Shown here: piece by piece, positions 49,689-60,522 of the stretch | Numbering within the stretch: the stretch's first letter is position 1 | Layout: each line of letters opens with the position of its first letter | From: Terriglobia bacterium | GTDB taxonomy: Bacteria; Acidobacteriota; Terriglobia; 20CM-2-55-15 | Length of the DNA stretch: 64,000 nucleotides | Direction: 5' to 3' | Assembly (NCBI GenBank): GCA_963664115.2 | Contig: CAXWPJ010000002.1 | Coordinates: 192,001 to 256,000, forward strand | Translations under genes and position numbers: made by a program | The notes under the pieces: generated by a model | The model's database searches: none | What the model saw: the letters and a program-made list of their open reading frames with translations, nothing else | What the model was told of the DNA's origin: nothing

Positions 49689-50006
49689 CTAGTCCACAGA
49701 ATCTTTTATCCAGTTCAGGTACGGTTCGGAGCCGGCGTCGATCTTGAAAGCGACGAACTCCGGCAAATCGTAACTGTGAACTTCGAGGACGCGTTGGCGG
49801 GTTCGATCGAGGGCACCGACCGTCGTCTTTATTACGAGAAGATACTCGCTGTCCCAGTTCACCTTGCCGTCCCATCGATAACAGGATTCAACCCCAGCAA
49901 CCACGTTGACGCACGCGGCGAGTCTCTCCTGGACAAGAACTTCGGCGATCTCGCCGGCTTCCTCGCGTGAAGCGCACGATACAAACGCGACCATCGAATC
50001 AGTCAT
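49689..50006 (-). CDS. cutA: Divalent-cation tolerance protein CutA
   Basis: LAACVN, S.Y.W.G, H.Y..PE, YL.W motifs. Confidence 0.93.
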   Translation of the reverse strand: MTDSMVAFVSCASREEAGEIAEVLVQERLAACVNVVAGVESCYRWDGKVNWDSEYLLVIKTTVGALDRTRQRVLEVHSYDLPEFVAFKIDAGSEPYLNWIKDSVD

Positions 50007-50065
50007 AATGAACACGCACCTTCGGATCATTTGTCACGAAACGAATTGATAGAATAGCAACAGAC

Positions 50066-51475
50066 ATGGCAGCGACGATCAAGTTCGGAACTTCCGGTTG
50101 GCGGGCCATCATCGCCGAAGACTTCACGTTCGCCAACGTACGGCTGGCTACAGAAGCGACGGCACGCCACGTGCTTGGGCTCTCACCCTCCCCAACCCTC
50201 CTCGTAGGATACGACACTCGCTTCGCCTCCGAGAACTTCGCCCGCCAGGTCGCAAATGTTTTGTCGGCCGCGGGGATTCGTGCCCTGCTATCCAATAGAC
50301 CCGTACCCACTCCAGCGGTCTCCTTCTCCGTGCGTCATCGCAAACTCGATGGAGCGATCAACATTACGGCCAGCCACAATCCGGGAGAGTACAACGGCTT
50401 GAAGTTTTCCGCATCCAATGGCGCGCCTGCGCTGCCGGAGGTAACGGAGAGCATCGAGCGTGGCATCGTCGCACTCCAGAAGAGCGATTGGAAATTCAGG
50501 GGGACTCCCGTGGAAGACCGAATCGAAACGATCGACATTCGCGACGAGTATCTCCGGGATCTGGCCACGAAAGTAAACTTTGAAGCTATTCGCAAATCGA
50601 ACATTCGCATTGGGTACGATCCGCTGCACGGTGTTGGCAGCGGATATCTCGACTATTTATTGCAGGAGCAAGGACTCACCCCCACCGTGCTTCATGCCGG
50701 ACGCGACGTTTACTTTGGTGGCAGCCATCCGGAGCCGGATGAAGAAAACCTTGGCGAACTCCGACAGGCCGTACGCGACAACAAGCTCACGCTTGGGCTC
50801 GGAACCGACGGGGATGCGGATCGATTCGGCATACTCGATTCCGATGGGAGCTACATCTCTCCGAACGAAATTCTCGCTTTGTTGCTGGACTATCTCGTCG
50901 CAAGCCGCGGTTGGAAAGGCGCGGTGGCACGCACTGTGGCAACAACCCATCTGATCGATCGGGTGGGGGAACTCCACGGACTCGAAGTCATCGAAACCCC
51001 GGTCGGCTTCAAGTACATCGGCGAATATATTGAGCAGGGCCGCATTTTTTTTGGCGGCGAAGAAAGTGCGGGCCTTGCGATTCAAGGTCACTTGCCGGAG
51101 AAAGACGGGATTCTCGCCTGTCTGCTGGTAGCAGAAATGGTCGCTGAACGTGGGAAATCATTGAGATCATTGCTAAAAAGCCTTTTTGACCGGACCGGTG
51201 AAGTGTATAATCAACGCTTGAACATACGGCTTAAGCCGTCTGTTCGCAAGGTGATGGACGCAAAAATTGCATCCGATGTTTCAGACTTCTACGGTAAAAA
51301 GGTTGAACGGACAGATCGAACCGATGGCATGAAGCTCATATTTGGAGACGGCAGCTGGGTTCTGGCCCGCCCCTCGGGAACCGAACCCGTCGTGCGGTAT
51401 TACGCCGAAGCCAGCAGTCGTCAGGAACTTGAGCATCTGATCGAGTGCGGGAAACGATGGACAACCGAAGCATAG
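50066..51475 (+). CDS. Phosphoglucomutase/phosphomannomutase
   Basis: TASHNP, DGDADR, GEESAG, RPSGTEP motifs. Confidence 0.93.
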   Translation: MAATIKFGTSGWRAIIAEDFTFANVRLATEATARHVLGLSPSPTLLVGYDTRFASENFARQVANVLSAAGIRALLSNRPVPTPAVSFSVRHRKLDGAINITASHNPGEYNGLKFSASNGAPALPEVTESIERGIVALQKSDWKFRGTPVEDRIETIDIRDEYLRDLATKVNFEAIRKSNIRIGYDPLHGVGSGYLDYLLQEQGLTPTVLHAGRDVYFGGSHPEPDEENLGELRQAVRDNKLTLGLGTDGDADRFGILDSDGSYISPNEILALLLDYLVASRGWKGAVARTVATTHLIDRVGELHGLEVIETPVGFKYIGEYIEQGRIFFGGEESAGLAIQGHLPEKDGILACLLVAEMVAERGKSLRSLLKSLFDRTGEVYNQRLNIRLKPSVRKVMDAKIASDVSDFYGKKVERTDRTDGMKLIFGDGSWVLARPSGTEPVVRYYAEASSRQELEHLIECGKRWTTEA

Positions 51476-51768
51476 TTCAGGGAATGATGGTTCGGGTGGG
51501 CCTTGGAGTGTTCGGACTCTTGACCCTGGCTACGCTCATCTTAACCCTGACCAGCGACCGGGGCCTGCTGGAGGTCCGCCGCAAGGGATTTGAGTTCGCC
51601 GAACTCCAGGCGCAGATCCACACGCTCGAAACCGAGAACCTTGAGTTGGTCCAGGAAATTCGAAACCTCCGATCCGAACCCTACGAAATCGAACGCCGCG
51701 CACGCGAAGACTTAAAACTCGTCCGCCCCGGCGAAGTAATCCTCGTCCTGCCCCCGCAAGACCGTTAA
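51457..51768 (+). CDS. ftsB: Septum formation initiator FtsB/DivIC
   Basis: TM helix plus coiled coil, IE..AR..L....PGE motif. Confidence 0.82.
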   Translation: MDNRSIVQGMMVRVGLGVFGLLTLATLILTLTSDRGLLEVRRKGFEFAELQAQIHTLETENLELVQEIRNLRSEPYEIERRAREDLKLVRPGEVILVLPPQDR

Positions 51769-51770
51769 CA

Positions 51771-51802
51771 AATAGGGGTCAGAGCCCTATTTCCCCATTT
51801 TT
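51771..51802. repeat. REP-like hairpin, same family as 18691-18718
   Basis: AAATAGGG-GTCAGAG-CCCTATTT CCCCATTTTT. Confidence 0.7.
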
Positions 51803-51860
51803 CTTGACACTGACTCTCCTTGATCGTGACCTAAGATTCTGACCTCATTCTTCCTCCAAC

Positions 51861-51889
51861 TTGACGATCTTCAGCAGAGTTCTTACTAT
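51861..51889 (+). promoter_or_regulatory. Sigma70 promoter of tRNA-fMet
   Basis: TTGACG-17bp-TACTAT. Confidence 0.75.
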
Positions 51890-51894
51890 GGTTG

Positions 51895-51966
<72 letters not shown>

Positions 51967-51981
51967 TTCTTGGCAGGCATC

Positions 51982-52010
51982 AAAGGTCACCCGAAGGTGG
52001 CCTTTTTTGT
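51982..52010 (+). terminator. Rho-independent terminator
   Basis: AAAGGTCACC-CGAA-GGTGGCCTTT followed by a T run. Confidence 0.8.
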
Positions 52011-52166
52011 TTGGGTTACTTACCGGACCCGCTCAACCCTCCGAACGCCCGCACGCTCTAAAGCCGGGTATTGCTTCGACTTCGAATTTGTCCAATGTAT
52101 ACTCGTGCGACTCCGAGTCCATGATAGTGGTGATAATCGGTGGCGAGCTAACCCCTTGGAGAGCTT

Positions 52167-53213
52167 ATGAAATTCAAAGCAGCGTATTCGATCGGTTTCT
52201 GTTTCCTTGGATCGGCTCTCGCTCTCGGCGGCATCACTGCCGCAGGGCAACAAAACACCGACGGACAGCGGCGGTTTCCACAACCAGCTCCTGAGAAGGA
52301 AGTGACGGTTACCACAATTCCAGACGTCATCGCGGCTGGGGCTGAATGGCAGCTCGTGTGGCAAGGACCCGACAACGCCGACGGCCTCGTCGGTACAACA
52401 GACGGCGGGATCTTGTTTGCACAGGAACAGCCAAGCACCGTTGGTATGCTCGATCCGAACGACAACTTCTCGATCTTCGTAAGGGATACCAATGGCACCG
52501 GCGGCCTGAGTTTCGACAATGAGGGCCGTCTGATCGGGGCGGAAAGGACCTGCTCGGATCCAGGCGGGAAACCCGAAGAATGTCGTGAACCGGCGAGATT
52601 GGTCGTCCTTCATCCCACACGTGAAGTCCTGGCGAGCGACTATAACGGTCAGACGTTTTGGCGCATGAGAGGCGACATCGCCGTGGATTCCAGAGGGGGT
52701 GCATACTTCGCGGACGTTGGCGGCACTTACTACGTCGATCCTGCCGGTGAAGTTGGCCTGATTGCGGACATGGACGAAGTAGGCACAAACGGGATGATAC
52801 TGAGCCCCGATGAAAAAACGCTCTACATGACGAATGGCAACACGATTGTGGCTTACGATGTCGGGCCCGATGGGGCCACTACAAACAAGCGGACCTTTAC
52901 CACGCTGGAAGACGGATCCAGGGGAGACGGCTTGTTCGTCGACTCTGAGGATCGCCTGTACGTCACAGCAGGCGCCTCCGGTATTCAGGTGTTCAGCCGC
53001 CAGGGTAACTACTTGGGCACCATTCCTCTGCCACGGTCAGCATCGAGTGCGGCGTTTTCCGGGCCAGACAAGAAGGTGCTTTACGCCAAAGGCGCCGGCA
53101 TGAAGCTCCCCGACGGGGGCGAGTACAGAACCCCTGAGGGTGTGAGAAATAACGCCAAGGCCATTTACAAAATCGACATGATCGCCCAAGGATTCAAAGG
53201 CCGCGCGCGATAG
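52167..53213 (+). CDS. Secreted SMP-30/gluconolactonase-family protein
   Basis: Signal peptide; NG..LSPDEKTLY and DG..VD....LYV motifs. Confidence 0.85.
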   Translation: MKFKAAYSIGFCFLGSALALGGITAAGQQNTDGQRRFPQPAPEKEVTVTTIPDVIAAGAEWQLVWQGPDNADGLVGTTDGGILFAQEQPSTVGMLDPNDNFSIFVRDTNGTGGLSFDNEGRLIGAERTCSDPGGKPEECREPARLVVLHPTREVLASDYNGQTFWRMRGDIAVDSRGGAYFADVGGTYYVDPAGEVGLIADMDEVGTNGMILSPDEKTLYMTNGNTIVAYDVGPDGATTNKRTFTTLEDGSRGDGLFVDSEDRLYVTAGASGIQVFSRQGNYLGTIPLPRSASSAAFSGPDKKVLYAKGAGMKLPDGGEYRTPEGVRNNAKAIYKIDMIAQGFKGRAR

Positions 53214-53396
53214 CTTCTGCCTGGGGTTTTGCGTTATAAGATTAACAAGAAGTATTGAATCGGAGTACCGCTCATGGGGCAATCAGTCGAACCTTCATAA
53301 CTATTGACAGCCTGTGGTTCGTAATTATAATGCCGCAATGTGCGAGAAACCTCGCGGGTATTGGAACAAAAAACAGATCGTTACGAGGACAAACAA

Positions 53397-54338
53397 ATGC
53401 GAAGTCTAATTATTGTCACGAGCATGGCTTTGGCGGGGGTGCTGGCTTTCTCCTCGGTCACGGTGAGACAGGCAGCAGGTCAAGGAAATGCGGGGACTGG
53501 GGGACGCACGAGCGAAAGCGGGAATGACAGCATCACCCTGCCGTCGGTCCCGCCGCCGGAGGGTTGGCTGAGTTGTCCGCGGTGTCAGAACAACGACGAT
53601 CGAGCCGCTGCGTGGGCGGATTTCGGGATAGATGGACGTCAGTTTGATCCGAGTGACCTCGCGGGAGTGTGGGGCTGGGGACCGGATAACACAAACGCGG
53701 GTGCATTTGACGATGACAACGTGCCCGCTCTGACGGAGTATGGAGAGCAGCAGCGGCAAGCCACCTTCGCAGATGAGGGTCGGCCACTGCGTTCGAAAGA
53801 CACGTCGGGTCGGGGTTCAGGCAGCTTTGTCAACTGCGATCCTTACTCATGGCCACGCTTGTACGCCTACAACTTCGGATTCGAATTCATGGTGACGCCC
53901 GACAGAGTGCTTCAGTTTTTTGAACTGGGCCACACCTGGCGAACGATCTGGACTGACGGGCGGGAACTTCCCGAGTTTCCCCCAGAGTTGCGCTGGCTCG
54001 GATGGAGCGTGGGGCATTGGGAAGGCGATACCTTCGTCGTCGAGTCGAATGGCTTTGACGACAGGTCCTGGATCAACGCAAGTGCTCCCGACGGAGGCTG
54101 GACACATAGCGACGAGATGAGCGTCGTGGAACGCTACACGCGCACGGACTACGGCACACTGGAAGGGGAAATGACGATCATCGATCCCCGGACCTACGTG
54201 GAGCCATGGGTGACCCCGATGAGCACCTTCAAGCTGAACCCTGGCACCGAGTTGTACGAAAATTTCTGCGCCCCTTCCGATTACGAGCAGTTCAACAATC
54301 GCGTTTTCAACCCGGCGGCAGCGGGCGAAAACCAGTAA
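53397..54338 (+). CDS. Secreted uncharacterised protein (paralog family 'G.WEGDT.V'), copy 1
   Basis: C.P...PR, R.IW.DGR, G.S.G.WEGDT.VV, HS, ERYTR, DP...PW, E..C motifs; extra CPRC motif. Confidence 0.75.
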   Translation: MRSLIIVTSMALAGVLAFSSVTVRQAAGQGNAGTGGRTSESGNDSITLPSVPPPEGWLSCPRCQNNDDRAAAWADFGIDGRQFDPSDLAGVWGWGPDNTNAGAFDDDNVPALTEYGEQQRQATFADEGRPLRSKDTSGRGSGSFVNCDPYSWPRLYAYNFGFEFMVTPDRVLQFFELGHTWRTIWTDGRELPEFPPELRWLGWSVGHWEGDTFVVESNGFDDRSWINASAPDGGWTHSDEMSVVERYTRTDYGTLEGEMTIIDPRTYVEPWVTPMSTFKLNPGTELYENFCAPSDYEQFNNRVFNPAAAGENQ

Positions 54339-54585
54339 TCCGAGTCTGACTGAGAGAGTTATGGGGCGTTTTTCGCCTCACAGCTCTGACCGTCCCTGAT
54401 CACCCCCCGACTCTCATCACTTCTTTGGCGAGCAGATATTCGAATCCTTCTGGCGGGCTTGCTGACGGGCTTGGCTCTAGGGGCAGACAACAGAAGCGGC
54501 CTTTCCTCGATTCACATCACAGGAAAGGCCGGTCTGAAAGTTGAACGCACGGGCGGGTCACCGTCCGGGGCCGAAGCAAAATCGA

Positions 54586-55023
54586 TCAGCGCGTGTTGCT
54601 GGTAAAGGATTCGCTTGAGTCGGGGTCACCAATGATGGGGTCGCCATCTCTCGTAATCCAGCGGACAAGCAACACCGGCGCTTCGCCCACTCCTCCCATC
54701 CTTCCTCCAACCGTAATTTCTTCTCCGGGTCTGAGCGTGGCTCTACTCACACCCGCAGCCATCATCGTTTGTGGGGAAGACATTTCGCCAACCCAATGGA
54801 CGATATTTCCGTCCTCGCCCTTCACGTCAAAGTTCACAAACGTGTGGGGGTTCCTCCAGGTCATAGACGTGACAACCCCCGTCACGACGCCGTCCTCGGT
54901 ATATCCCGCGCGTCCGTGGTGCGCTGCCACCACACCGCCAAGCACAGTGAATACAACAATCATGGTCAAAGCTACAGTTGCCGTTCTCAGCCAAGTCCTC
55001 ACCTTGTACCTCCTTATTCCCAA
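54586..55023 (-). CDS. DUF6152-family secreted protein
   Basis: Signal peptide then AHH, G.V....W.NPH, W..E motifs. Confidence 0.75.
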   Translation of the reverse strand: MGIRRYKVRTWLRTATVALTMIVVFTVLGGVVAAHHGRAGYTEDGVVTGVVTSMTWRNPHTFVNFDVKGEDGNIVHWVGEMSSPQTMMAAGVSRATLRPGEEITVGGRMGGVGEAPVLLVRWITRDGDPIIGDPDSSESFTSNTR

Positions 55024-55418
55024 TCGTCCTCAAGAGACTATGATTGGATTTAAGCGCCGGAAGCGACGATTGTCAAGTATATGCGATCCAGTTTCGACTC
55101 CGCTGCCCGATTCCCAAAGCAGGCAGGCCCATCAGGGATGGTTCAGGTCGACGAAAGTTGACCTCTTGTTATGGGTTTTCACGCCTCGATTCAACGCGCA
55201 CAAAAGCAATAGAATCTAGCAGGTCAATCGGCCACTACCCTATCCGGTGCCCCTTCCCTAAAGGCGGCCTCCGGTGCGCCCGACACAATGCTCGAACCCG
55301 AAGTCGCCATCATCCCCATGACGCGTTTGCTACAGATGCAAATCGGGTTGCCCCGTTTGAACGTGAAGCAAAACTACTGCATCAGTGAAGCATGCCGGAG
55401 GGACACTTCAAGCCCGTA

Positions 55419-57620
55419 TTAAAAGTCGAAGGACCGGGTGAATTTGACAATGACGGACCGGTCGATCTCCGCGAGCGAGCCGAGACCCTCCCGAAACGCA
55501 TTGACCACGATATACAAGTCGTCTCCGGGCTGGTAATTGTAGCGGAGCCGGAAATTGACCCCGAACCGGTCGCTTGTGCTCCTGTACTGAAATAGCGCGC
55601 TCGTCATCCACTTCCGGCTGAAGGCGACATTCAGCCTGCTGTTCATCACGTGAACGTTGACCGGCTGTCCTTCGGGCAGCTGCAGCCGGTCGAACGCGTA
55701 ACCGATCGTGGTCGACACGTGCTCATTGATGCGGACGTTCGGAGAGACATTCCATGTCTGCCGCTTCCCGCCCGGGCCGAAGTAATCGGCGTGGCTGCTA
55801 TATTCGATACTGCCCGTGAACCTCCAGGCAGGATTGAAGCTATAACGCATACGATAGTGCCACCACTCGTAGAGGCCGGGAGCAACCACGACGCTTGGAA
55901 CAAGCCGCAACGGGTCATCCAGAAATTCGACCTGCCGGCGCAGAAAGGTCGCGAGCCGGCTCCCGTCCTCGAAGTCAACGTTGAAGGGCATTTCATAGAA
56001 CTCCGTCTCCAGGTGGCGCTCTCGAACTCTGCGAAAGTGGTCGAAGCGAATGCCGAAATTGAGTTGCCGCACGCCAGGGATATTCGGCCGGGGAGACAGG
56101 TACAAACGGGCGCCATAAAAGCGCACACCGATGCGGCGGAGAAATCCGAGGTCGGTCCGGAAACCCGGATCGCTCTGCATCACTCGCAAGCCGGCGTATA
56201 GGAAATCGTCCTGCCATGTGGCTGTGGTCGAGCTGAGCTTCTGTTTCGCTTCAATCCCTGTTGTAAAAGAACGGGCCAGCAAGCCGGTGACGGTCAGATG
56301 TTCGAATAAGACGAAATTCTGATCGACGCCGACGACACGGTTGAAATCTCCGTCGCGGCCCTGCCTCTGGGTGAAGAACGCAGATACGATCGATCGCGAT
56401 AATACGTCGCGGCCGATGCGGATGACTCCGTAGTTGTCGCCGGGCTGGCCCTGGTCCTCGCCCGTCTGCACGTTCAGGGCCGCCAGTGTATATTTTTCCC
56501 CGACACGACCCGTCAGCTTGGCGCCTGCCACAATGGGAATGGGCTGGCCCTCCGGCGACAGGCCGATGCGCCGGCTGTGGAAAAGCTTCGCTTCCGGCTC
56601 GTGACTCTGTCGCACGATGCCGAAATCGAAAAGGTCCGCGCCCTCCAAAAAGAACTCCCGTTTTTCCGGAAAGAAGGTCGGAATCCGATCGAATCTAATG
56701 ATTTCATCATCTACTTCCGTCTGAGCGAAATCCGGATTCACCGTAAAATCCAAGCTCAGGCTCGAAGCGATCGGCACCTTGACCACCTCCAGACCGGCGT
56801 CCCCAAGCCAGTTCTGTCGCCGCTCGCCCGGCAGACCGCTGAGTGACTGTGTCAGGTTGATATAGGGCTTGATGCGTAAGCGAAGAGCGGATCGCACGTC
56901 GTCCAGGCCCCTCAGGTGTCCGGCCTGGGAAATCTGATAGAAGTTGAAATTGCGGCCGTAATTGCTCCAGGCGGTGAATTCGTTTTTCCGCCGGATGACC
57001 CTTTCGAAATCCACCCCGAAAACCAGCCCCGCCGCGCTTTGGGGGAAACGCAGCGACGTCAATGGAATCCGGATCTCCGCAGTCCAGCCTTCATTCGTGA
57101 TCTGAGTCTCCGACTCCCAACGCTCGTTCCAGTCCGTGTTCACTTCTCGCCCTTCGTTGGTGATCAATGCGTCGTACTGGGTCCCTCGCGGATTGATGCG
57201 AAACAGAAATGCGTTGCGGTGGCTGTGAAAAGTGTCCAGCAGGATGGTAAAGGTGTCGTCGTTGGCAAAGTTGGAACCGCGCCGCAACTCCTCCGCCAGG
57301 ATACGGGACGGGTCACTGTCGAAAGCCCGAATTCCGAAGTACAGGCTTGTGCCGTCGGTAAGAACGCGGACTTCCGTCCCCTCGGTCGCCGCACTCCCTT
57401 CGTCGGGATCCCGCTGGAGGAATCCACCGGCCAGGGACGCAGCTTGCCACTCGGGCTCGTCGAAAACCCCGTCGAGTGTCGGCCCCTGCTCGACGGTCAA
57501 AACCTGGAGAACGTGTGCGTCCGGATTGTTGGTTTCCGAAGTTTGTCCGGCCGCGGGCGCAATGGGAATACCCATGAGGATCAGTACGAATCCAACAGAC
57601 CACGGAACGAGTTTGCCCAT
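55419..57620 (-). CDS. CBM9 + DUF5916 outer-membrane protein
   Basis: LDG..DE..W, GW.AE..IP, TVNPDFAQ.E.D, FPEKR.FFLEG, F.SRRIG motifs; C-terminal Phe. Confidence 0.82.
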   Translation of the reverse strand: MGKLVPWSVGFVLILMGIPIAPAAGQTSETNNPDAHVLQVLTVEQGPTLDGVFDEPEWQAASLAGGFLQRDPDEGSAATEGTEVRVLTDGTSLYFGIRAFDSDPSRILAEELRRGSNFANDDTFTILLDTFHSHRNAFLFRINPRGTQYDALITNEGREVNTDWNERWESETQITNEGWTAEIRIPLTSLRFPQSAAGLVFGVDFERVIRRKNEFTAWSNYGRNFNFYQISQAGHLRGLDDVRSALRLRIKPYINLTQSLSGLPGERRQNWLGDAGLEVVKVPIASSLSLDFTVNPDFAQTEVDDEIIRFDRIPTFFPEKREFFLEGADLFDFGIVRQSHEPEAKLFHSRRIGLSPEGQPIPIVAGAKLTGRVGEKYTLAALNVQTGEDQGQPGDNYGVIRIGRDVLSRSIVSAFFTQRQGRDGDFNRVVGVDQNFVLFEHLTVTGLLARSFTTGIEAKQKLSSTTATWQDDFLYAGLRVMQSDPGFRTDLGFLRRIGVRFYGARLYLSPRPNIPGVRQLNFGIRFDHFRRVRERHLETEFYEMPFNVDFEDGSRLATFLRRQVEFLDDPLRLVPSVVVAPGLYEWWHYRMRYSFNPAWRFTGSIEYSSHADYFGPGGKRQTWNVSPNVRINEHVSTTIGYAFDRLQLPEGQPVNVHVMNSRLNVAFSRKWMTSALFQYRSTSDRFGVNFRLRYNYQPGDDLYIVVNAFREGLGSLAEIDRSVIVKFTRSFDF

Positions 57621-57959
57621 CGTGTACCTCCGTGACGGCAACCCGCCCGCATACGTTGACAAAGGTCAGTGACCGCAGAAGGTTAGCAGATTCGCATAGA
57701 GAATCCATTAACGGGTGACATAATCACTAAACAATTTTGGGAGTTGAGAGTTTGTTTGCTTGGAATTTTCACCTTCGGTCTTTAGTAGTCTTTAGTGTGG
57801 TTGAGCGGGTTTTCGGCCCCGCGTCTGGCTGCACACCAAAACGATGAAACCGGCACTCGACCCGGCCACGACTCCGCATGTCTTGACTGAACACGGCATC
57901 GTCGGACTGTTCTCGACGCTTGCAACAAACGATGCGCAAGTGAAAAGAGGAGGCTTCAG

Positions 57960-58931
57960 ATGAGCTATCGGTTTTTCGCTTCGATGTATCCGCTGGCTGC
58001 CGCGTTCGCGGTGCTGTCACTGGCAGTTTCGACCGCCGGCCAGGGAACCTGGACTCCGCCCCGCACCGAGGACGGCCAGCCCGACCTGAAAGGAACCTGG
58101 ACGAACCCCACCATTACCCCTTTCGAACGACCCGATGCATTTGAGGGAAAATCGTTTGTCACCGAAGCGGAAGCGGCCCAACTGGAACAGCAGGCGGCTC
58201 TGAATAACGTGGATCGCCCGCCTGTTCCAGGCGACGTCGGAAGCTACAACCGATTCTGGTTCGACCCGGGAACAGAGGTCGTGTCGACCCTGAGGACGTC
58301 TCTTGTCGTCGACCCGCCTGAGGGCAGGGTTCCCCTGAGGCCGGAGGCGGAAGCGGAAAGGCTGTACGACCTCGAACACGTCGGAGACTCCTGGGAGCAC
58401 ATGAGCCCGTGGGACCGGTGCATCACGCGCGGTGTGCCCGGCGGAATGTTCCCTGCCGGCTACAACAATGCCTATCGGATTACACAGATACCCGGGTACG
58501 TCGTGATTCTTTACGAGATGATCCACGAGGCCCGTATCATCCCGGTGAACGGCGGTCCGCATCTGCCGCCGCACGTGCGGCAATGGAACGGCGATTCGCG
58601 CGGCCGCTGGGAGGGCAATACACTGGTCGTGGACACCACTAATTTCAACGGCAAGGGCTGGATCGCAACAAACGGTGCGGCCGGCCGCATCCGGGGCATC
58701 TCACAAAGCGAGGCCCTGCACGTGGTCGAACGCTTCACACGGGTCGATGAGGACACGATCCTGTACACAGTCACGATCGAAGATCCGAACGTGTATACGA
58801 GACCGTGGACGGTGGCGATTCCTTTGACCGGTGATCCGGATTATCAGATATTCGAGTACGCCTGCCAGGAAGGGAATGAAGCCGTTCGGAATATCCTCGC
58901 CGGAGGTCGCGCCGAAGACGCGCAGAATTGA
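57960..58931 (+). CDS. Secreted uncharacterised protein ('G.WEGDT.V' family), copy 2
   Basis: G.PDL.G.W, DPP.GR.P, DRC, YNN.Y.I.Q, GDSRG.WEG.TLVV, EYAC.EGN motifs. Confidence 0.8.
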   Translation: MSYRFFASMYPLAAAFAVLSLAVSTAGQGTWTPPRTEDGQPDLKGTWTNPTITPFERPDAFEGKSFVTEAEAAQLEQQAALNNVDRPPVPGDVGSYNRFWFDPGTEVVSTLRTSLVVDPPEGRVPLRPEAEAERLYDLEHVGDSWEHMSPWDRCITRGVPGGMFPAGYNNAYRITQIPGYVVILYEMIHEARIIPVNGGPHLPPHVRQWNGDSRGRWEGNTLVVDTTNFNGKGWIATNGAAGRIRGISQSEALHVVERFTRVDEDTILYTVTIEDPNVYTRPWTVAIPLTGDPDYQIFEYACQEGNEAVRNILAGGRAEDAQN

Positions 58932-59122
58932 ATGCGCAGGATTGAACCCAGTCGCGCCGGGTGGTTCCGATAGCCGCCTGCCGTAGATATTGGCTGAGCC
59001 TGCAGCTCTGGGTCTTAAGGCTTGGACATCGCACCCAGGGAATCGACCCCGAGCCCGAAGATCGCGACCCCGTCATCAACCACGCGGCACACTTCGACTG
59101 GAGTTATCTCGCGAGCGCCTGC

Positions 59123-59518
59123 TTACCGGACCTGGTTCGCCGGTGGCCCGCCGAGGAATATTTTGCGGCCGTCCGGGAAGGTCATATCCCGGCCGTTGGC
59201 GCGGTTCGAGCCGTCTCTCGACCGATAACCGTCCACGAGTATCTCTGTTCCAATCGGCAATGAATTTCTCGTGATGCCGTTCCGGAACAGCGTGTTCGGG
59301 GTCCCGCCTTCGATCATCCAGCGTGTGAGGGTGCCGTCTTCCTCTTCCACGTCGATGTGGAACCACGAATGAGGATTGATCAGTTCCGCCCGCACCAGGG
59401 TTCCTCTCAACTGTATCGGTTGGGCGGCGTCAAATTCAGACGTAAAGGCGTGATGCGCCCATAACGGCCCGCCGCTAAACAAGAGAACGGCGCATACCAT
59501 GACTACGTTTGTTCGCAT
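59123..59518 (-). CDS. DUF6152-family secreted protein
   Basis: AHHAF..EFD, INPHS, W.IE motifs. Confidence 0.8.
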   Translation of the reverse strand: MRTNVVMVCAVLLFSGGPLWAHHAFTSEFDAAQPIQLRGTLVRAELINPHSWFHIDVEEEDGTLTRWMIEGGTPNTLFRNGITRNSLPIGTEILVDGYRSRDGSNRANGRDMTFPDGRKIFLGGPPANQVR

Positions 59519-59529
59519 CTTGATTCTCC

Positions 59530-60474
59530 TTATTGGTCGCCTGCTGCCCGTGCCTCTTCCGCACGGGCGGCCTCGAGAAGATTCGTCATCGCGTAATTCC
59601 CCTCGTGGCACGCGTATTCGTAAATCAGACCGTCGCTTTTCACCATCGGGATCTGGCCGGTCCATGACCGGGTAAAGGTCGCCTCGTCGTCGATCGTGAA
59701 TTCGTACATCAGCGTGTCCGGGTCATCGCGTCTGAACCGTTCGATAACGCGCAGCCCAGCCCCTGAGTTTCTGAAATTGGTCCGGTCCGTAAAGTTGGTC
59801 GTCTCGACGACCAGCGTGTCCCCCTCCCAGTGGCCGCGTGAATCACCCATCAACTGGAGGGTCGTTTCGGGAAGATGCGGGCTGTCGTCGAGCGGGATGA
59901 TCCGGACCGCATGCATCAGTTCAGCCAGAATCGCGACATATCCGGGACTTTGCACGATCTGATAGTTGTTGTTGTAGGCAGTGGGCAGTATGGGCGGACC
60001 GGTGCTGCGCCACCAGATACAACGGTCGCCCAGCGACCGGCTCTCGGGACCGTCCGCGGGGTGGAGCCTGCGCTGCTCGGCCCGTTCCGCGGCCAGGGTC
60101 TCGGCTTCTTCGGTGAGCGGAGGAATCCGACCATCCGGTGGATCGATAATGATCGAAGTTCGGAGCGTCTTCACCAGGGTGGTCCCGCTGTCCCACCAGA
60201 AGTCGTTGTAAGCGCGACGCACGTCCGTCTCGGCAGGCCCGTCTCGACGGTCCCTGTTGGTACGTTCCAGCGTGTCTCTCACGTATTCGACAGCTTCCTC
60301 GTCCGTGAAAAACTCTTTATCCGCAAGCTCCTGAGGTCTTTCCAGCCGGGTGATCGTCCTGTTTGACCAGATTCCCTGGAGGTCGGGATCGCCCCACGGC
60401 GTGTTCTGCCCGGAAATGCCGGCCACCGGAAGAGCAACCAACACAATCATCACCAAAACAAATCGAAGTCTCAT
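59530..60474 (-). CDS. Secreted uncharacterised protein ('G.WEGDT.V' family), copy 3
   Basis: Close paralog of 57960-58931; EYACHEGNY motif. Confidence 0.8.
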   Translation of the reverse strand: MRLRFVLVMIVLVALPVAGISGQNTPWGDPDLQGIWSNRTITRLERPQELADKEFFTDEEAVEYVRDTLERTNRDRRDGPAETDVRRAYNDFWWDSGTTLVKTLRTSIIIDPPDGRIPPLTEEAETLAAERAEQRRLHPADGPESRSLGDRCIWWRSTGPPILPTAYNNNYQIVQSPGYVAILAELMHAVRIIPLDDSPHLPETTLQLMGDSRGHWEGDTLVVETTNFTDRTNFRNSGAGLRVIERFRRDDPDTLMYEFTIDDEATFTRSWTGQIPMVKSDGLIYEYACHEGNYAMTNLLEAARAEEARAAGDQ

Positions 60475-60522
60475 CTCTGATCCCTCCATTGGCTTCGCCA
60501 ATCTGACAGCGGGCAGGAAAAA